Assembly (NCBI GenBank): GCA_009782385.1
Contig: WRJE01000001.1
Coordinates: 8,303 to 72,302 of the forward strand
Length of the DNA stretch: 64,000 bases
Reading direction: 5' to 3'
From: Oscillospiraceae bacterium
Lineage (GTDB): Bacteria > Bacillota > Clostridia > Oscillospirales > UBA929
Below the pieces are notes generated by a model that saw nothing but the letters and a program-made list of their open reading frames with translations, made no database searches and was not told the DNA's origin. Position 1 is the stretch's first letter; each line of letters starts with the position of its first letter. The translations under genes and the position numbers were made by a program. Below are positions 18,330 to 28,827 of this stretch, piece by piece.

Positions 18330-19172
18330 TTACGATGAACCGCACAATTTTTTATAACTATCATATCTGCTTTGATATATGCCGCCGTCTCTGACGGCGT
18401 TTATAACGCCGCAGTCCGCACCCTCTCCGATATGAGCGCAGTCGCTGAACCTGCACGAATAACCCTCAAATTCGGGGAACATATCCTTAATATCCCGCTT
18501 GTCTCCCAAGTCTAAATCGTCAAACGCGGAGAAACCGGGCGTGTCGGCAAGCCATGTATCCTCTCCCATCTTGAACAGCTCCACGTGGCGTGTGGTATGT
18601 CTACCGCGCCCGAGCCGCTCGCTGACCTCCCCTATCGGCATATTCGCTTCCGGAAGCAGAATGTTTAATATACTGGACTTCCCTACCCCCGAATGCCCCG
18701 AAAAAGCCAATATTTTACCCCTAATTGCTTCCCGCAGTTCGTCAATCCCCTCTTTAGCCGGAACGGCGGTGCGGACAACGGTGTACCCAATGCTCGCGTA
18801 CATCTCCGCTATACCGGAGGTATCGCCGATGTCGCTCTTGTTCAAACAAAGAATGGGCGTGACCCCTTTTTGCAGAGCCAAGCCCAATATCTTGTCAATC
18901 CACAGCGTTCCGCTGACAGGCGGCGCGATACTGGCAACCATAACCAGCGCGTCCAAGTTAGCGACCGGGGGGCGCGTAAAAACATTCTTGCGCGGCAGAA
19001 TCTCCTCAAGCCGCCCCTCGCCGTTTTTTACGGTTATTCTTACCCTATCGCCCGGTAACGGGGCGATTCCGTCCAAACGGAAGCGTCCCCGCGCCTTGCA
19101 GGTGACCGTCTCGTCTCCGTGGGCGACATAATAGAATCCGCCGATACCGCGCGTTATAATCCCCTCTGTCAT
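18330..19172 (-). CDS. rsgA: Ribosome small subunit-dependent GTPase RsgA
   Basis: NKSD, GHSGVGKSS, GRHTT, DTPG, CRFSDCAH..C. Confidence 0.95.
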   Translation of the reverse strand: MTEGIITRGIGGFYYVAHGDETVTCKARGRFRLDGIAPLPGDRVRITVKNGEGRLEEILPRKNVFTRPPVANLDALVMVASIAPPVSGTLWIDKILGLALQKGVTPILCLNKSDIGDTSGIAEMYASIGYTVVRTAVPAKEGIDELREAIRGKILAFSGHSGVGKSSILNILLPEANMPIGEVSERLGRGRHTTRHVELFKMGEDTWLADTPGFSAFDDLDLGDKRDIKDMFPEFEGYSCRFSDCAHIGEGADCGVINAVRDGGIYQSRYDSYKKLCGSS

Positions 19173-21248
19173 CTATTGCAGCGAATGAGTATCGACAACG
19201 GTGTCGCCGAAGTAAACCTCTACCGAATCTCCCACGTTGCCTTTAATTTCATATGTTCTCTGTCCCACTGAGTTATTCACCTCAGACGAATGTATGATGA
19301 TACCGTTTTTGCGTATCCTCAGCTGCGTTGAGCCGGACTCACTCGGGAATGTCACGGTTATCTCGTTCGTGACTTCCTGTTGGGGCGGCGGCGTGGGCGT
19401 AACATCATCGGGCGGCGGCGTAATATCGTCCGGCGGCGGTGTTACATCATCGGGCGGCGGCGTAATTTCAGAGCCGATACTGACATGAACTTGGATTGTC
19501 GTCTTCGCTTCTATTTCATCGCCCGCGTCAACACTCTGCCATACAATCTCTCCGGCGGGGGCTTCGGAGTCGACATTCAATACCGATAAAATCAAGTCTT
19601 GGCGGTCGGCTTCGCGCTCGGCATCCTCAAACGTCATTCCAATAAACTCCGGAACAACTACAAGCGTTACTTTCGGCCCCATGCTGACATACAGTTTTAC
19701 TACCTGACCCTCATGCACATTTTCGCCCGCCGGCGGGTCTGTGCGTATAACATGGTCTTTTACAATGTCCTCATGGGTTTCCCATTCTATTTCCGGGTGG
19801 TAACTCAGATTATACTCCGCGCGGATAAGAAGATTCTGCGCTTGGCGGTACTCGTAGTTTACGACCGAAGGCATCGGGAACTCCCTCGCGCCCCTGCTGA
19901 GTGTCACCGTAACAACCGTGCCTTTCTTTACGGGTCTGTTTGCCTTGGGTTCTTGGTCGAGTATATATCCTTCCGTAAATTGATTGGAATATTCGGCATC
20001 CGGGCCGGCAACTATGTTAATATGAACATATTCGGGGTACTGCTCTTTGTTATGCTCTTTATCATATAAGACTTCCGTATACACCCTTCCGATAAGGTTC
20101 GGTATGATAACCGTATCATCGTTGTTTCCGCCCGGCAAGCCGCCCTCCGGGCCGGTAAGGCTGCTCAAGAAGTTGATTACAAGATATGCCATGCCGACAA
20201 TAAACAGCAGAACAAACGCCAGACCCGTTGCCATAGTGAGCGATTTGTTACGGCGGCGTGCGCGGTCAACCTCTTCGTCCGCAGCGTTTGATACGCGCCT
20301 TTTTCTGACAGGCGCGTCTTCCGCCGCGTTTCTTTTTGGCGCGGGTGCTGTCGTCAGTTTTCTGGTCGGTTCGTCCTCATCGCGCATCATAAGCTCGGTT
20401 ATATCATAATCAAAACTGATACTCGGATTTTTGCGGAACTCCTCAAGGTCGTGCAGCAACGCTTCCGCCGTTGGATAACGCTTTGATAAGCTCGCGGACA
20501 TCGCCTTCATCGTGATGGTTTCCAACGCCTCGGGTATACTGTGGTCAACCTCGCGCGGTGTCAGCGGTATGGAATTTATGTGCTGTATGGCGACCGAAAC
20601 GGGCGAATCGCCCTCATACGGCAGGCGCATAGTCAGCATTTCATACATAACAACGCCTAACGAGTAAATGTCGGAACGCGCGTCAATGTGCGAACCTCTC
20701 GCCTGTTCGGGTGAGATATAATGCACCGAACCGAACGCTTCCTGTGTCAGCGTGTTCTGCTTGTTCGAGAAGCGGGCTATGCCGAAGTCCGCGACTTTAA
20801 CGCTTCCGTCGCGCAGAATCATTATATTATGCGGCTTAATGTCACGGTGTACAATGCCCCTGCTGTGCGCGTGACTGAGTGCTTTCGCGATTTGCGTTGA
20901 GAAATGAAGCACCTCGCGCCAGCTAAGTCTGCCCTTCTTGGACATATACTGCTTCAGCGTTATGCCGTCAATGAGCTCCATAACTATATACTCGATGTTA
21001 CCCGAACGCGAAACATCGTAAACAGCGACTATATTGGGATGACTGAGCATGGCGACAGCTTGGCTTTCGGCGTGGAAACGGCGTTTGAAGTCCGCGTCCT
21101 GCGCGTAATCGTCCTTTAATATCTTTAGGGCGACAAGACGGTTCAAGCGGTGGCATTTCGCCTTGTACACAACCGCCATACCGCCAACGCCTATGACTTC
21201 CATTATTTCATACCGGTTATCCAGCATTTTTCCTAAGTATTTATCCAT
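19173..21248 (-). CDS. prkC: PASTA-domain Ser/Thr kinase (PrkC/Stk1)
   Basis: IGVGGMA, HRDIKPHN, DFG, YISPEQ; TM; PASTA repeats; Pro-rich linker. Confidence 0.95.
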   Translation of the reverse strand: MDKYLGKMLDNRYEIMEVIGVGGMAVVYKAKCHRLNRLVALKILKDDYAQDADFKRRFHAESQAVAMLSHPNIVAVYDVSRSGNIEYIVMELIDGITLKQYMSKKGRLSWREVLHFSTQIAKALSHAHSRGIVHRDIKPHNIMILRDGSVKVADFGIARFSNKQNTLTQEAFGSVHYISPEQARGSHIDARSDIYSLGVVMYEMLTMRLPYEGDSPVSVAIQHINSIPLTPREVDHSIPEALETITMKAMSASLSKRYPTAEALLHDLEEFRKNPSISFDYDITELMMRDEDEPTRKLTTAPAPKRNAAEDAPVRKRRVSNAADEEVDRARRRNKSLTMATGLAFVLLFIVGMAYLVINFLSSLTGPEGGLPGGNNDDTVIIPNLIGRVYTEVLYDKEHNKEQYPEYVHINIVAGPDAEYSNQFTEGYILDQEPKANRPVKKGTVVTVTLSRGAREFPMPSVVNYEYRQAQNLLIRAEYNLSYHPEIEWETHEDIVKDHVIRTDPPAGENVHEGQVVKLYVSMGPKVTLVVVPEFIGMTFEDAEREADRQDLILSVLNVDSEAPAGEIVWQSVDAGDEIEAKTTIQVHVSIGSEITPPPDDVTPPPDDITPPPDDVTPTPPPQQEVTNEITVTFPSESGSTQLRIRKNGIIIHSSEVNNSVGQRTYEIKGNVGDSVEVYFGDTVVDTHSLQ

Positions 21249-21260
21249 AGTACCTCCCGG

Positions 21261-21989
21261 TTAAACGGACAGCAGCGCAACGGTTATGTTATCGGGTCCG
21301 CCGCGTGTGTTGGAGAGCGTCACCAGTCTGTTGCAGCAACTCTCAACCGCTCCTCCGTGTATCACCTCGTAGAGTATCTCCTGATCGTCAACTATATTAG
21401 TCAGCCCGTCTGAGCAGAGCAACAGAAAATCGCCCGGCTTAGGCTCAATTTCGTATATATCACACGCGACATCCATCTCCGTGCCTAAAACGCGGGTTAT
21501 AAGATTCTTCTTGGGGTGGGCGCGGGCTTCCTCATCGGTCAGCGTGCCTTGATGCAGTAAATCCTCCACGACCGAGTGATCGCGCGTAACACGCCGTATG
21601 CCGTCATCACTTATAATATACGCCCTGCTGTCGCCGATATTTGCCACATACGCGGCACGCGCGGTAATGACGGCGCATACAAGGGTCGTACCCATACCTT
21701 TATAGTCCATGTTGGTCTTTGATAAATCCCAAACGGTTCTGTTGGCGTGATATATCGCTAGCTCGAGAGCCTGTTTCAATGACCTTGCGCTCATGTTCGG
21801 CTTGATAACCGATTTAAGCTCGCTTGAGACAGTGTCCGTCGCGAGGCGGCTTGCTATGTTGCCCGCCTTAGCTCCGCCCATACCGTCGCACACAATCAAA
21901 ACAGCGTATTCGGACTGTACATCCAAATAATGGCTGTCCTGATTCTGTTTTCTGACCCTGCCCTTGTCCGAATCGCCCCAAGCGTTCAT
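21261..21989 (-). CDS. prpC: PP2C Ser/Thr phosphatase (PrpC/Stp1)
   Basis: NQD, CDGMGG, GMGTT, GDSR, CSDGL, DNIT. Confidence 0.95.
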   Translation of the reverse strand: MNAWGDSDKGRVRKQNQDSHYLDVQSEYAVLIVCDGMGGAKAGNIASRLATDTVSSELKSVIKPNMSARSLKQALELAIYHANRTVWDLSKTNMDYKGMGTTLVCAVITARAAYVANIGDSRAYIISDDGIRRVTRDHSVVEDLLHQGTLTDEEARAHPKKNLITRVLGTEMDVACDIYEIEPKPGDFLLLCSDGLTNIVDDQEILYEVIHGGAVESCCNRLVTLSNTRGGPDNITVALLSV

Positions 21990-22990
21990 TGTTTCACATC
22001 CTTCGACTGTTTAAGCTGACCGCACGCGGCATTAATTCCATGCCCCAGTTTGCGCCTTACAGTGACCGACAGCCCGCTCTTGCCCAGTATCTCAGTGAAT
22101 CTTTTTATGTTCCGTGACGGCTTAAAGGGTTTCCCCTTTACGGCGTTATACTCTATTATATTCACATGACCGCCTTTTAGTTTTTTTGTCAGCATTTCCG
22201 CCTGTTCCGCGCTGTCGTTAATGCCGTCAAGCATGATGTATTCATATGATACGCGCCGTGACGTAATCCTAAAGTATTCTTCCGCCGCTTTAATTACGGC
22301 GTTAACGCCGTACTTCTTGTTAATCGGCATTATCCGCGAACGGGTTTCGTCATCGGGCGCGTGAAGCGACACGGAGAGCGTCACGGGGATTTTACTTTTC
22401 GCCAACTCAATGATTTTATCGGGTATCCCGCACGTTGAAACGGATATGTGTCTCGCGCTCATGTTTCCAACGCCCGTAACATTATGAAGAAACTTGATAG
22501 CTTCTCCTAAATTATCTAACGGCTCACCCATGCCCATCAGCACGGCTCTTGAAATTTCACAGCCGGACTCGCGCTTCAAGCCCATAAGCTGTCCCATCAT
22601 TTCACCCGAGGTCAGATTCCTGACAAGCCCGCTCTCCCCTGTCGCGCAGAACGCGCAGTTCATCCTGCATCCTATCTGGGTTGAGAGACACGCGCTGCCG
22701 CCGTATTTGTAGCGCATAAGCACGGATTCGGCAGTGTTATCATCGGCAAATTTCCATAAAACCTTAACCGTACCGTCTTTTGACGTTTGAACCTTCAACG
22801 GTTCGGGAAGTTTAACAGACGCGATTTCAGTCAATTTCTCCCGCATGGGTTTAGGAAGTGCGCTCATTTCGGAAAAATCCGCGTCTCCCGCGTACATACG
22901 CTCACAAATCTGTTTCGCGCGGTACTCCGGCCACCCCTGCTCTTTGACGAACGCCTTGATTTCGTCAAAAGTCATGTCCCAAAAATTCAT
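21986..22990 (-). CDS. rlmN: 23S rRNA m2A2503 radical SAM methyltransferase RlmN
   Basis: CRMNCAFC, MGMGEPL, SLHAP, AACGQL. Confidence 0.95.
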   Translation of the reverse strand: MNFWDMTFDEIKAFVKEQGWPEYRAKQICERMYAGDADFSEMSALPKPMREKLTEIASVKLPEPLKVQTSKDGTVKVLWKFADDNTAESVLMRYKYGGSACLSTQIGCRMNCAFCATGESGLVRNLTSGEMMGQLMGLKRESGCEISRAVLMGMGEPLDNLGEAIKFLHNVTGVGNMSARHISVSTCGIPDKIIELAKSKIPVTLSVSLHAPDDETRSRIMPINKKYGVNAVIKAAEEYFRITSRRVSYEYIMLDGINDSAEQAEMLTKKLKGGHVNIIEYNAVKGKPFKPSRNIKRFTEILGKSGLSVTVRRKLGHGINAACGQLKQSKDVKQ

Positions 22991-24315
22991 TTTATCTTCC
23001 TCAGCTTCGCGTAGAAGAACCCGTCAATATCATGTTCCGCGAACGGTGTGAGGAAAAAACCTTCCGGAGCTGAACCATACGGCGTTTCAAACGGCTCAAG
23101 CTCAAAATCCGTATGAACTTTCAGAAAATCACGCACGACATCTTGATTCTCGCGGCTAAGTACCGTACAAGTCACATAGACCATTCTCCCGCCCGGTGAC
23201 ACATAACGCGAAAGGTTGTTAATGATACTCCTCTGAATCTCAGCCAACGGCTCTCCGAAGCTCGGCTCTTTGAATCGTATGTCCGGCTTCTTGCGGATTA
23301 TTCCCAAGCACGAGCAGGGTACATCCGCCAAAACCAAGTCGAATACCCCGTCAAACACGGGATTATGTTCTCTCGCGTCAACCACGTTACATTGTACACC
23401 ATCCATACCGTGTTTGGCAAGTGTTTCTTTCAATTCCATTACTTTATACGGATATTTATCACAGCAAACAAGCTCTATCCCGCCGCCGGAAGCGTGATAG
23501 AGCATGACGCTTTTGCCGCCGGGGGCGGCGCAAGCGTCAAGAACACGCTCGCCTTTTTGGGGCGCGGCTATTTCAACGGCAAGCCGCGCGGCATTGTCCG
23601 CGACAATAAACGCGCCGTTTTTATATCCGGGCAAATCGGCGATGTTGCCCTTGTATGTGAACTGTTCCCATTGGACGGGCGGCCAATGACCGCCCCTACA
23701 ATCCGTTATCTGTTCACTGCGGTCGGACGGCCAAAGGCCGCCCCTACAGGCACCCGCTTCAATCAATTTTTCTCTGTATTCCGGTTTGAGCAGCTGCAAG
23801 TACGCCGGGGGCGCGGTGTTGTTGAACTTCATCAGTTCTACGGCGCGTTCGGGGAACTCCTCCGTATAGAGCTTTACAAGCCAGTCAGGATGCGAATACT
23901 CAACACCCGGGTCATCGAATACCGGCGCGTTCTCCCACTTCGCCGCGTTTCTCAAAACGGCGTTAATAAACGACTGCGCCCCTTTGTTTACTTTCAGATA
24001 CTTACCCAGTTCAACGCTCTGGTCTGCCGCCGCAGATTTGGGAATCTTATCTAAGAAAAGCATTTGATACACCCCAAGGCGCAGTACGTCGCGAACCTGC
24101 GGCTGTACCTTGCGTTTCTCGCATATCAAATCTATACAGGCATCGAGCTTGCGGTAATTCTGTATCACACCGTAAACAAGCTGTGCCGCCAACGCTTTAT
24201 CGCGCGGCGGCAACCCGGCGGCACGCCTGTTAAGCGGCTTATCCGCGCCCGTTTGCGGACGGGTGCGGAAATCCATCAGGGCAAGCAGGGCGGCGCGTCT
24301 CGCGTTATTGTTCAC
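22987..24315 (-). CDS. rsmB: 16S rRNA m5C967 methyltransferase RsmB (Sun)
   Basis: NusB-like N-terminus, DACAAPGGKS, DVPCS, YVTCT, DGFF. Confidence 0.93.
   Translation of the reverse strand: MNNNARRAALLALMDFRTRPQTGADKPLNRRAAGLPPRDKALAAQLVYGVIQNYRKLDACIDLICEKRKVQPQVRDVLRLGVYQMLFLDKIPKSAAADQSVELGKYLKVNKGAQSFINAVLRNAAKWENAPVFDDPGVEYSHPDWLVKLYTEEFPERAVELMKFNNTAPPAYLQLLKPEYREKLIEAGACRGGLWPSDRSEQITDCRGGHWPPVQWEQFTYKGNIADLPGYKNGAFIVADNAARLAVEIAAPQKGERVLDACAAPGGKSVMLYHASGGGIELVCCDKYPYKVMELKETLAKHGMDGVQCNVVDAREHNPVFDGVFDLVLADVPCSCLGIIRKKPDIRFKEPSFGEPLAEIQRSIINNLSRYVSPGGRMVYVTCTVLSRENQDVVRDFLKVHTDFELEPFETPYGSAPEGFFLTPFAEHDIDGFFYAKLRKIK
23676..23747 (-). repeat. Two tandem REP-like units in frame inside rsmB
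   Basis: CGGGCGGCCAATGACCGCCCCTAC and CGGACGGCCAAAGGCCGCCCCTAC; encode CRGGLWPS...CRGGHWPP. Confidence 0.9.
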
Positions 24316-25019
24316 CGTCTGCCTCTTCTGCCGCTGTAAATAATGAGCAAACGGAAAAGCTGCATTAGCGATACCGCCAACGCGGCGACATACGTCAGCG
24401 CGGCGGCGGACAGCACTTTTTTCGTCTTTGCCAGTTCGTCTTCGTCTAGTATGCGCGTTGTTCCAAGCGTCTCCAACGCCCGCGCTGAGGCGTTGAACTC
24501 AACGGGAAGTGTAATAAGCTGAAAAACCGCCGCCAGACCGAAAAGTATTATCCCAATCAGAAACAGCATCTGCCCCAGTTCACTTGCGAAAAACATCCCT
24601 ATCAAAATAAGCGGCATACTGAGCGATGAACCGATTTTTGTAACGGGTATAATCGCCTGCCGTACCTTAATCGGGCCGTAACCCTGCGCGTGCTGTACGG
24701 CGTGTCCCGCTTCGTGAGCTGCTATTCCCACGGCGGCCACCGAAGTGCTGTCGTGAACGTTTTGAGACAGTCTAATAACATTTGTTCTCGGGTCATAATG
24801 GTCGGTCAAATTTCCCGCAACGCCCTCTATCTTCACGTCATAGACACCGTGCGCCCTGAGAATCTCCTCCGCCGCCTTCGCCCCGGTCATTCTCCTGTAA
24901 GTTCTTATATCCGAGTATTTGCGGAAACGGCTCTGCACCATTTGCTGTGCCGCAAAGGCGAAAATAATAGCCGGAAGCACCAACAGCAAATAATACGAAT
25001 CAAAATAGTAAAACGGCAT
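24312..25019 (-). CDS. Membrane neutral zinc metallopeptidase (YugP family)
   Basis: LTDHYDP, AAHEAGHA, TLPVEFNAS, AAALTYVA. Confidence 0.92.
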   Translation of the reverse strand: MPFYYFDSYYLLLVLPAIIFAFAAQQMVQSRFRKYSDIRTYRRMTGAKAAEEILRAHGVYDVKIEGVAGNLTDHYDPRTNVIRLSQNVHDSTSVAAVGIAAHEAGHAVQHAQGYGPIKVRQAIIPVTKIGSSLSMPLILIGMFFASELGQMLFLIGIILFGLAAVFQLITLPVEFNASARALETLGTTRILDEDELAKTKKVLSAAALTYVAALAVSLMQLFRLLIIYSGRRGRR

Positions 25020-25021
25020 CG

Positions 25022-25195
25022 TTACTCCTCCTTCTTATCCTCTTTTGCTTCTTCCATATCAATTACATTGTCTTTGATTATTACTACTTTTCTGTTCTTG
25101 TCCATCAACTCTTTAACAATCATGTAAACCGTTCGCAGAATATAGGCGATTAACGCGCCGATAATGATAATCAAGAAAAGCCGAACAATAATCAT
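25022..25195 (-). CDS. 57-aa single-TM small protein, absent from the ORF track
   Basis: MIIVRLFLIIIIGALIAYILRTVYMIVKELMDKNRK...KEE; RBS GGAGGTG; ATGA overlap with fmt; fills the operon gap. Confidence 0.75.
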   Translation of the reverse strand: MIIVRLFLIIIIGALIAYILRTVYMIVKELMDKNRKVVIIKDNVIDMEEAKEDKKEE

Positions 25196-26061
25196 AAGTC
25201 ACCTCCCGGAAAATTTCCGTTTCCTCTTAGATATTCTTCCGCCGTCACGCGGCGTTTACCCGGAGCTTGCAGCTCCGTAATATAAATCTCACCATCGGCG
25301 CATTTCAGCGGAATCCCGCCGCCGCAAAGATTTGCGGCGTGTATCTTGAATCCTCTGTAAGCAGCGCACGGGAACGGCCGAAGCCCGCGTATTAAATTAT
25401 ACGCCTCACGCGCGGTTTTGCCTGTGTCAATCTCCCTGTCCTCTTTCGTAATCGGCGGCGCGAACGTTACCAAAGTCTCGTCTTGCACAATCCTCGGGGC
25501 TGTCCCGTTTTTCAGCAGCGGCAAAGTCTCAAGCAACACCTCCGCGCCCAACACTTTCATCTTGTCATGCACATTTCCGAAGGTGTCGGTCTCTCCAATC
25601 GCAAATGTCTTTGACAGAATCACATCGCCCGCGTCCATCTCCTTCGCCATGTGCATGGTGCATACCCCGGTCTCCGTTTCGCCGTTCATAACGACCCGCT
25701 GAATCGGCGCGGCTCCTCTGTACCTCGGCAGCAGTGAACCGTGGACATTTATACACGCGGCACTCGGCAGTTCCAAGTATCTCTTGGGCAGAAACAACCC
25801 ATAAGCCACAACAACGATGAACTCCGGTTTCAGCGCGGCGGCGGCTTCATAGACAGCATCGTCTTTAAGAGTTTCGGGCTGATAAACCGTCAGATTTTGT
25901 TTAACGGCATATTCCTTTACGGGTGAAAACGCTAGCTTCATTCCGCGTCCCTGAGGTTTGTCGGGTTTGGTAAACACGGCGGCGATGTCGTAACCCGCGT
26001 TTGTCAGAGCCGTCAGGCTCTCCAACGCGAATTCCGGCGTTCCCATGAAAATTATGCTCAT
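25192..26061 (-). CDS. fmt: Methionyl-tRNA formyltransferase
   Basis: IFMGTPEF, NVHGSLLPRYRGAAP, MDAGD. Confidence 0.95.
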   Translation of the reverse strand: MSIIFMGTPEFALESLTALTNAGYDIAAVFTKPDKPQGRGMKLAFSPVKEYAVKQNLTVYQPETLKDDAVYEAAAALKPEFIVVVAYGLFLPKRYLELPSAACINVHGSLLPRYRGAAPIQRVVMNGETETGVCTMHMAKEMDAGDVILSKTFAIGETDTFGNVHDKMKVLGAEVLLETLPLLKNGTAPRIVQDETLVTFAPPITKEDREIDTGKTAREAYNLIRGLRPFPCAAYRGFKIHAANLCGGGIPLKCADGEIYITELQAPGKRRVTAEEYLRGNGNFPGGDL

Positions 26062-26068
26062 AAATTTC

Positions 26069-26566
26069 CTACCTTCTGTATCCTTGTCTTTTGCGGTCCG
26101 CTTCGGCTTCTTCGCGGTCAACATATTCCGTCACGTGTTCCGTGAACACGACCCCGTTGAGATGGTCTATTTCGTGGCACAACGCGCGTGCCAGCAATTC
26201 GTTGCCGATAATTTTTATTTCCTTGCCATACCTGTCAAACGCCTTGACTTCCACATTTACCGCGCGTTCAACCATACCGTAAATACCGGGGAAAGAGAGA
26301 CATCCCTCACTCGCGTTTTGACTGCCCTCGGCAGAGATGAGTTCCGGATTTATAATTTCTATAAGCTCACCCTCGGTTAACTCGATAATCGCCGCTCGGC
26401 GCAGAACGCCGACCTGCGGCGCGGCAAGCCCAACGCCCCCCGCGCTGTTCAAAGTTTCTCTCATGTCATCAAGTAATATATGCAGGCGCGTATCGAAATT
26501 TACTACCTCGCGTGAGCGTTTGCTCAACGCGCCCTCATCGTTGTTGAGAATTGTGCGTAATGCCAT
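26069..26566 (-). CDS. def: Peptide deformylase
   Basis: GVGLAAPQVG, EGCLS, HEIDH. Confidence 0.96.
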   Translation of the reverse strand: MALRTILNNDEGALSKRSREVVNFDTRLHILLDDMRETLNSAGGVGLAAPQVGVLRRAAIIELTEGELIEIINPELISAEGSQNASEGCLSFPGIYGMVERAVNVEVKAFDRYGKEIKIIGNELLARALCHEIDHLNGVVFTEHVTEYVDREEAEADRKRQGYRR

Positions 26567-26586
26567 TCGTAATCTCTCCTTGTGAC

Positions 26587-28827
26587 CTAAAAATCGTTCG
26601 GATGCAAATCCGCGTATATCACAACGCCCTTGTTAGCCGGATTCGTGCGGAATCCTCTCAGCAATGCCGCCACATAACGGCGCGTTGTTATATCAGCCTT
26701 GCCGCACAGTGTAATATGACGGCGGTATCTGTTGTTTATTTTCGCCACCCTTGCGGAAGCGGGCCCGAATATCCTAACCTCAAGCCCCAGTTCCTTGACG
26801 GCGTTATCTATCTCATCGCGGAGCGCGGCGCAAATACGCATCAGCACCTCATCGTCACCGCTGAAAAGGTTCAGCATTATCATCTCGCCGAACGGCGGGT
26901 ATCCCTGCGCGGCTCTAAGCTGCGTTTCGCTCTCAAAGAAGCTGTCATAGTCCTGCATTGCCGCCTGTAACAGCACCGGATGTTTCGGTGACATCGTCTG
27001 TATAACGGCGCGTCCGGGCTTGCCGCCGCGTCCCGCGCGGCCTATAACTTGGGCAATCAGGGCAAACGCCCTCTCATTCGCGCGGTAATCGTCAACGTAC
27101 AGCATCATATCCGCCGCGACAACGCCGATTAGAGTTACATTTTCGATGTCAAGCCCTTTTGTTATCATCTGCGTACCCACCAAAACGGGAACTTTCGAGC
27201 GTGAAAACTTTTTCAGCAGTTCTTTATGCGCTCCCTTGTATCCCGTGGTGTCGGTATCCATACGCATTATCTCGACACCGGGGAACAGGACATTCAAATC
27301 TTCCACCACTTTTTGTGTACCCGCTCCGAAAAACACAAGACCGCCGCCGCATTTCGAGCATCTGCCCTCACGCGGCGCGGAAAATCCGCAGTAGTGGCAC
27401 AACAGGCGGTCGTTATGCGCGTGGTATGTCAGCGGCACGGAGCAGTTTTGGCATTGGCGCGTTTCGCCGCAGTCCGAGCATAGCGACACGCGGTGAAAAC
27501 CGCGCCGATTAAGAAACAGTATCGTCTGCTCCCCTGCTTCAAGATTTTTTGCAATCTCCTTTGCGAGCGGCTCGCTTATTGTAGAGTCGTTGCCTTTTCT
27601 GAGTTCCGCCCGCAAGTCCGCCATTTCAACCAGCGGCAGTGTTTTCTTGTTGTACCGCTCCTTTAGGGTAAAACTCTCATATGAACCCTTCGCCGCGCAA
27701 TACGCGGTTTCGAGTGACGGGGTCGCGCTGCCTAACAGCAGTAACGCGCCGTGTTGTACGCAACGGAACTTAGCGATGTCACGCGCGTGATACCGCGGTG
27801 AATTTTCTGATTTATAAGTATATTCCTGTTCTTCGTCAATTATTATAACGCCTAGACGTTCCAACGGCGCGAACACCGCCGAACGAGTTCCGACAACCAC
27901 ATCCGCGAACCCGGCGCGTATCGACCGCCACGCTTCACGCCGTTCGGAGACCCCCAACGCGCTGTGCAATACAAAAGCCCTCTCCCCGAAATAATCGGAG
28001 AACACCGCTATCAACTGCGGCGTTAACGCAATTTCGGGTACAAGCACAAGTGCCTGTCCTCCATCGGCGATAACTCTCTGTATAATCTTTATATATACCA
28101 ACGTTTTGCCCGACCCGGTAACACCTTTCAGCAGAGCGCAGCAAGCGTTTTTCCTCTCCGTGAGCTTTACAATGCCGGTATATGCCGCTTCCTGCTCCGC
28201 GTTCAGCGTTATTTCAGGTACTGAGACGGGCGGTTCGGGTATAACAAGCCGCTCGACTTCCTCAATTACCGCAATGCCGTTGTTTACAAGTTTTCTGAAC
28301 GTTGGCGCGGACGCGCCCGAATATTCTAGCAGTTCCGCGACGGGTATACTGCCGCTCATCAGAAGTTTTAAGATTCCGCGCTGTGCCGCCGCCGAGCGCG
28401 GCAGTGCGTCATAATAAGATATTACTTCTTCCAAAGGTTGGGCGAGTGCCGCAATCCTTTCAACTTTATCGGAGGCGCGTTTCGAGCCGCGCGAAGTGCC
28501 GATATCCGGCGGCAGCATCGCGCGGAAAGCGTCATAGGCGGTGCAATAAAACCTGTCGTTCATCCAGAGCGCGAGGCGTATCGCGTTGCCGTCAACAACG
28601 GGTTCGGTATCCAAAAGCTCTATGACTGATTTAAGTTTTTCCGCGTTACTCTCCTCAACAACGGCAAGCACCATGGCTTCGGTTCGGCGGTTGCCGTTCC
28701 CGAAAGGGACAATGACCCTCTGCCCGGGTTCGAGGTTCATACCCGGCGGTATATGGTAATCATACGGTCTGTCAATATGGAATAACGCCGTATCGACCGC
28801 CGTTCTGGCAATTCTAACCGTTTCCAA
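26587..28827 (-). CDS. priA: Primosomal protein N' (PriA)
   Basis: GVTGSGKT, PEIALT, SATPS, four CxxC, GRAGR. Confidence 0.95.
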   Translation of the reverse strand: METVRIARTAVDTALFHIDRPYDYHIPPGMNLEPGQRVIVPFGNGNRRTEAMVLAVVEESNAEKLKSVIELLDTEPVVDGNAIRLALWMNDRFYCTAYDAFRAMLPPDIGTSRGSKRASDKVERIAALAQPLEEVISYYDALPRSAAAQRGILKLLMSGSIPVAELLEYSGASAPTFRKLVNNGIAVIEEVERLVIPEPPVSVPEITLNAEQEAAYTGIVKLTERKNACCALLKGVTGSGKTLVYIKIIQRVIADGGQALVLVPEIALTPQLIAVFSDYFGERAFVLHSALGVSERREAWRSIRAGFADVVVGTRSAVFAPLERLGVIIIDEEQEYTYKSENSPRYHARDIAKFRCVQHGALLLLGSATPSLETAYCAAKGSYESFTLKERYNKKTLPLVEMADLRAELRKGNDSTISEPLAKEIAKNLEAGEQTILFLNRRGFHRVSLCSDCGETRQCQNCSVPLTYHAHNDRLLCHYCGFSAPREGRCSKCGGGLVFFGAGTQKVVEDLNVLFPGVEIMRMDTDTTGYKGAHKELLKKFSRSKVPVLVGTQMITKGLDIENVTLIGVVAADMMLYVDDYRANERAFALIAQVIGRAGRGGKPGRAVIQTMSPKHPVLLQAAMQDYDSFFESETQLRAAQGYPPFGEMIMLNLFSGDDEVLMRICAALRDEIDNAVKELGLEVRIFGPASARVAKINNRYRRHITLCGKADITTRRYVAALLRGFRTNPANKGVVIYADLHPNDF

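Noticed and set aside
19380-19470. DD(V/I)TPPP tandem repeat in PrkC
   Set aside because: Ordinary Pro-rich linker of PASTA kinases; unrelated to the GTAG repeats.
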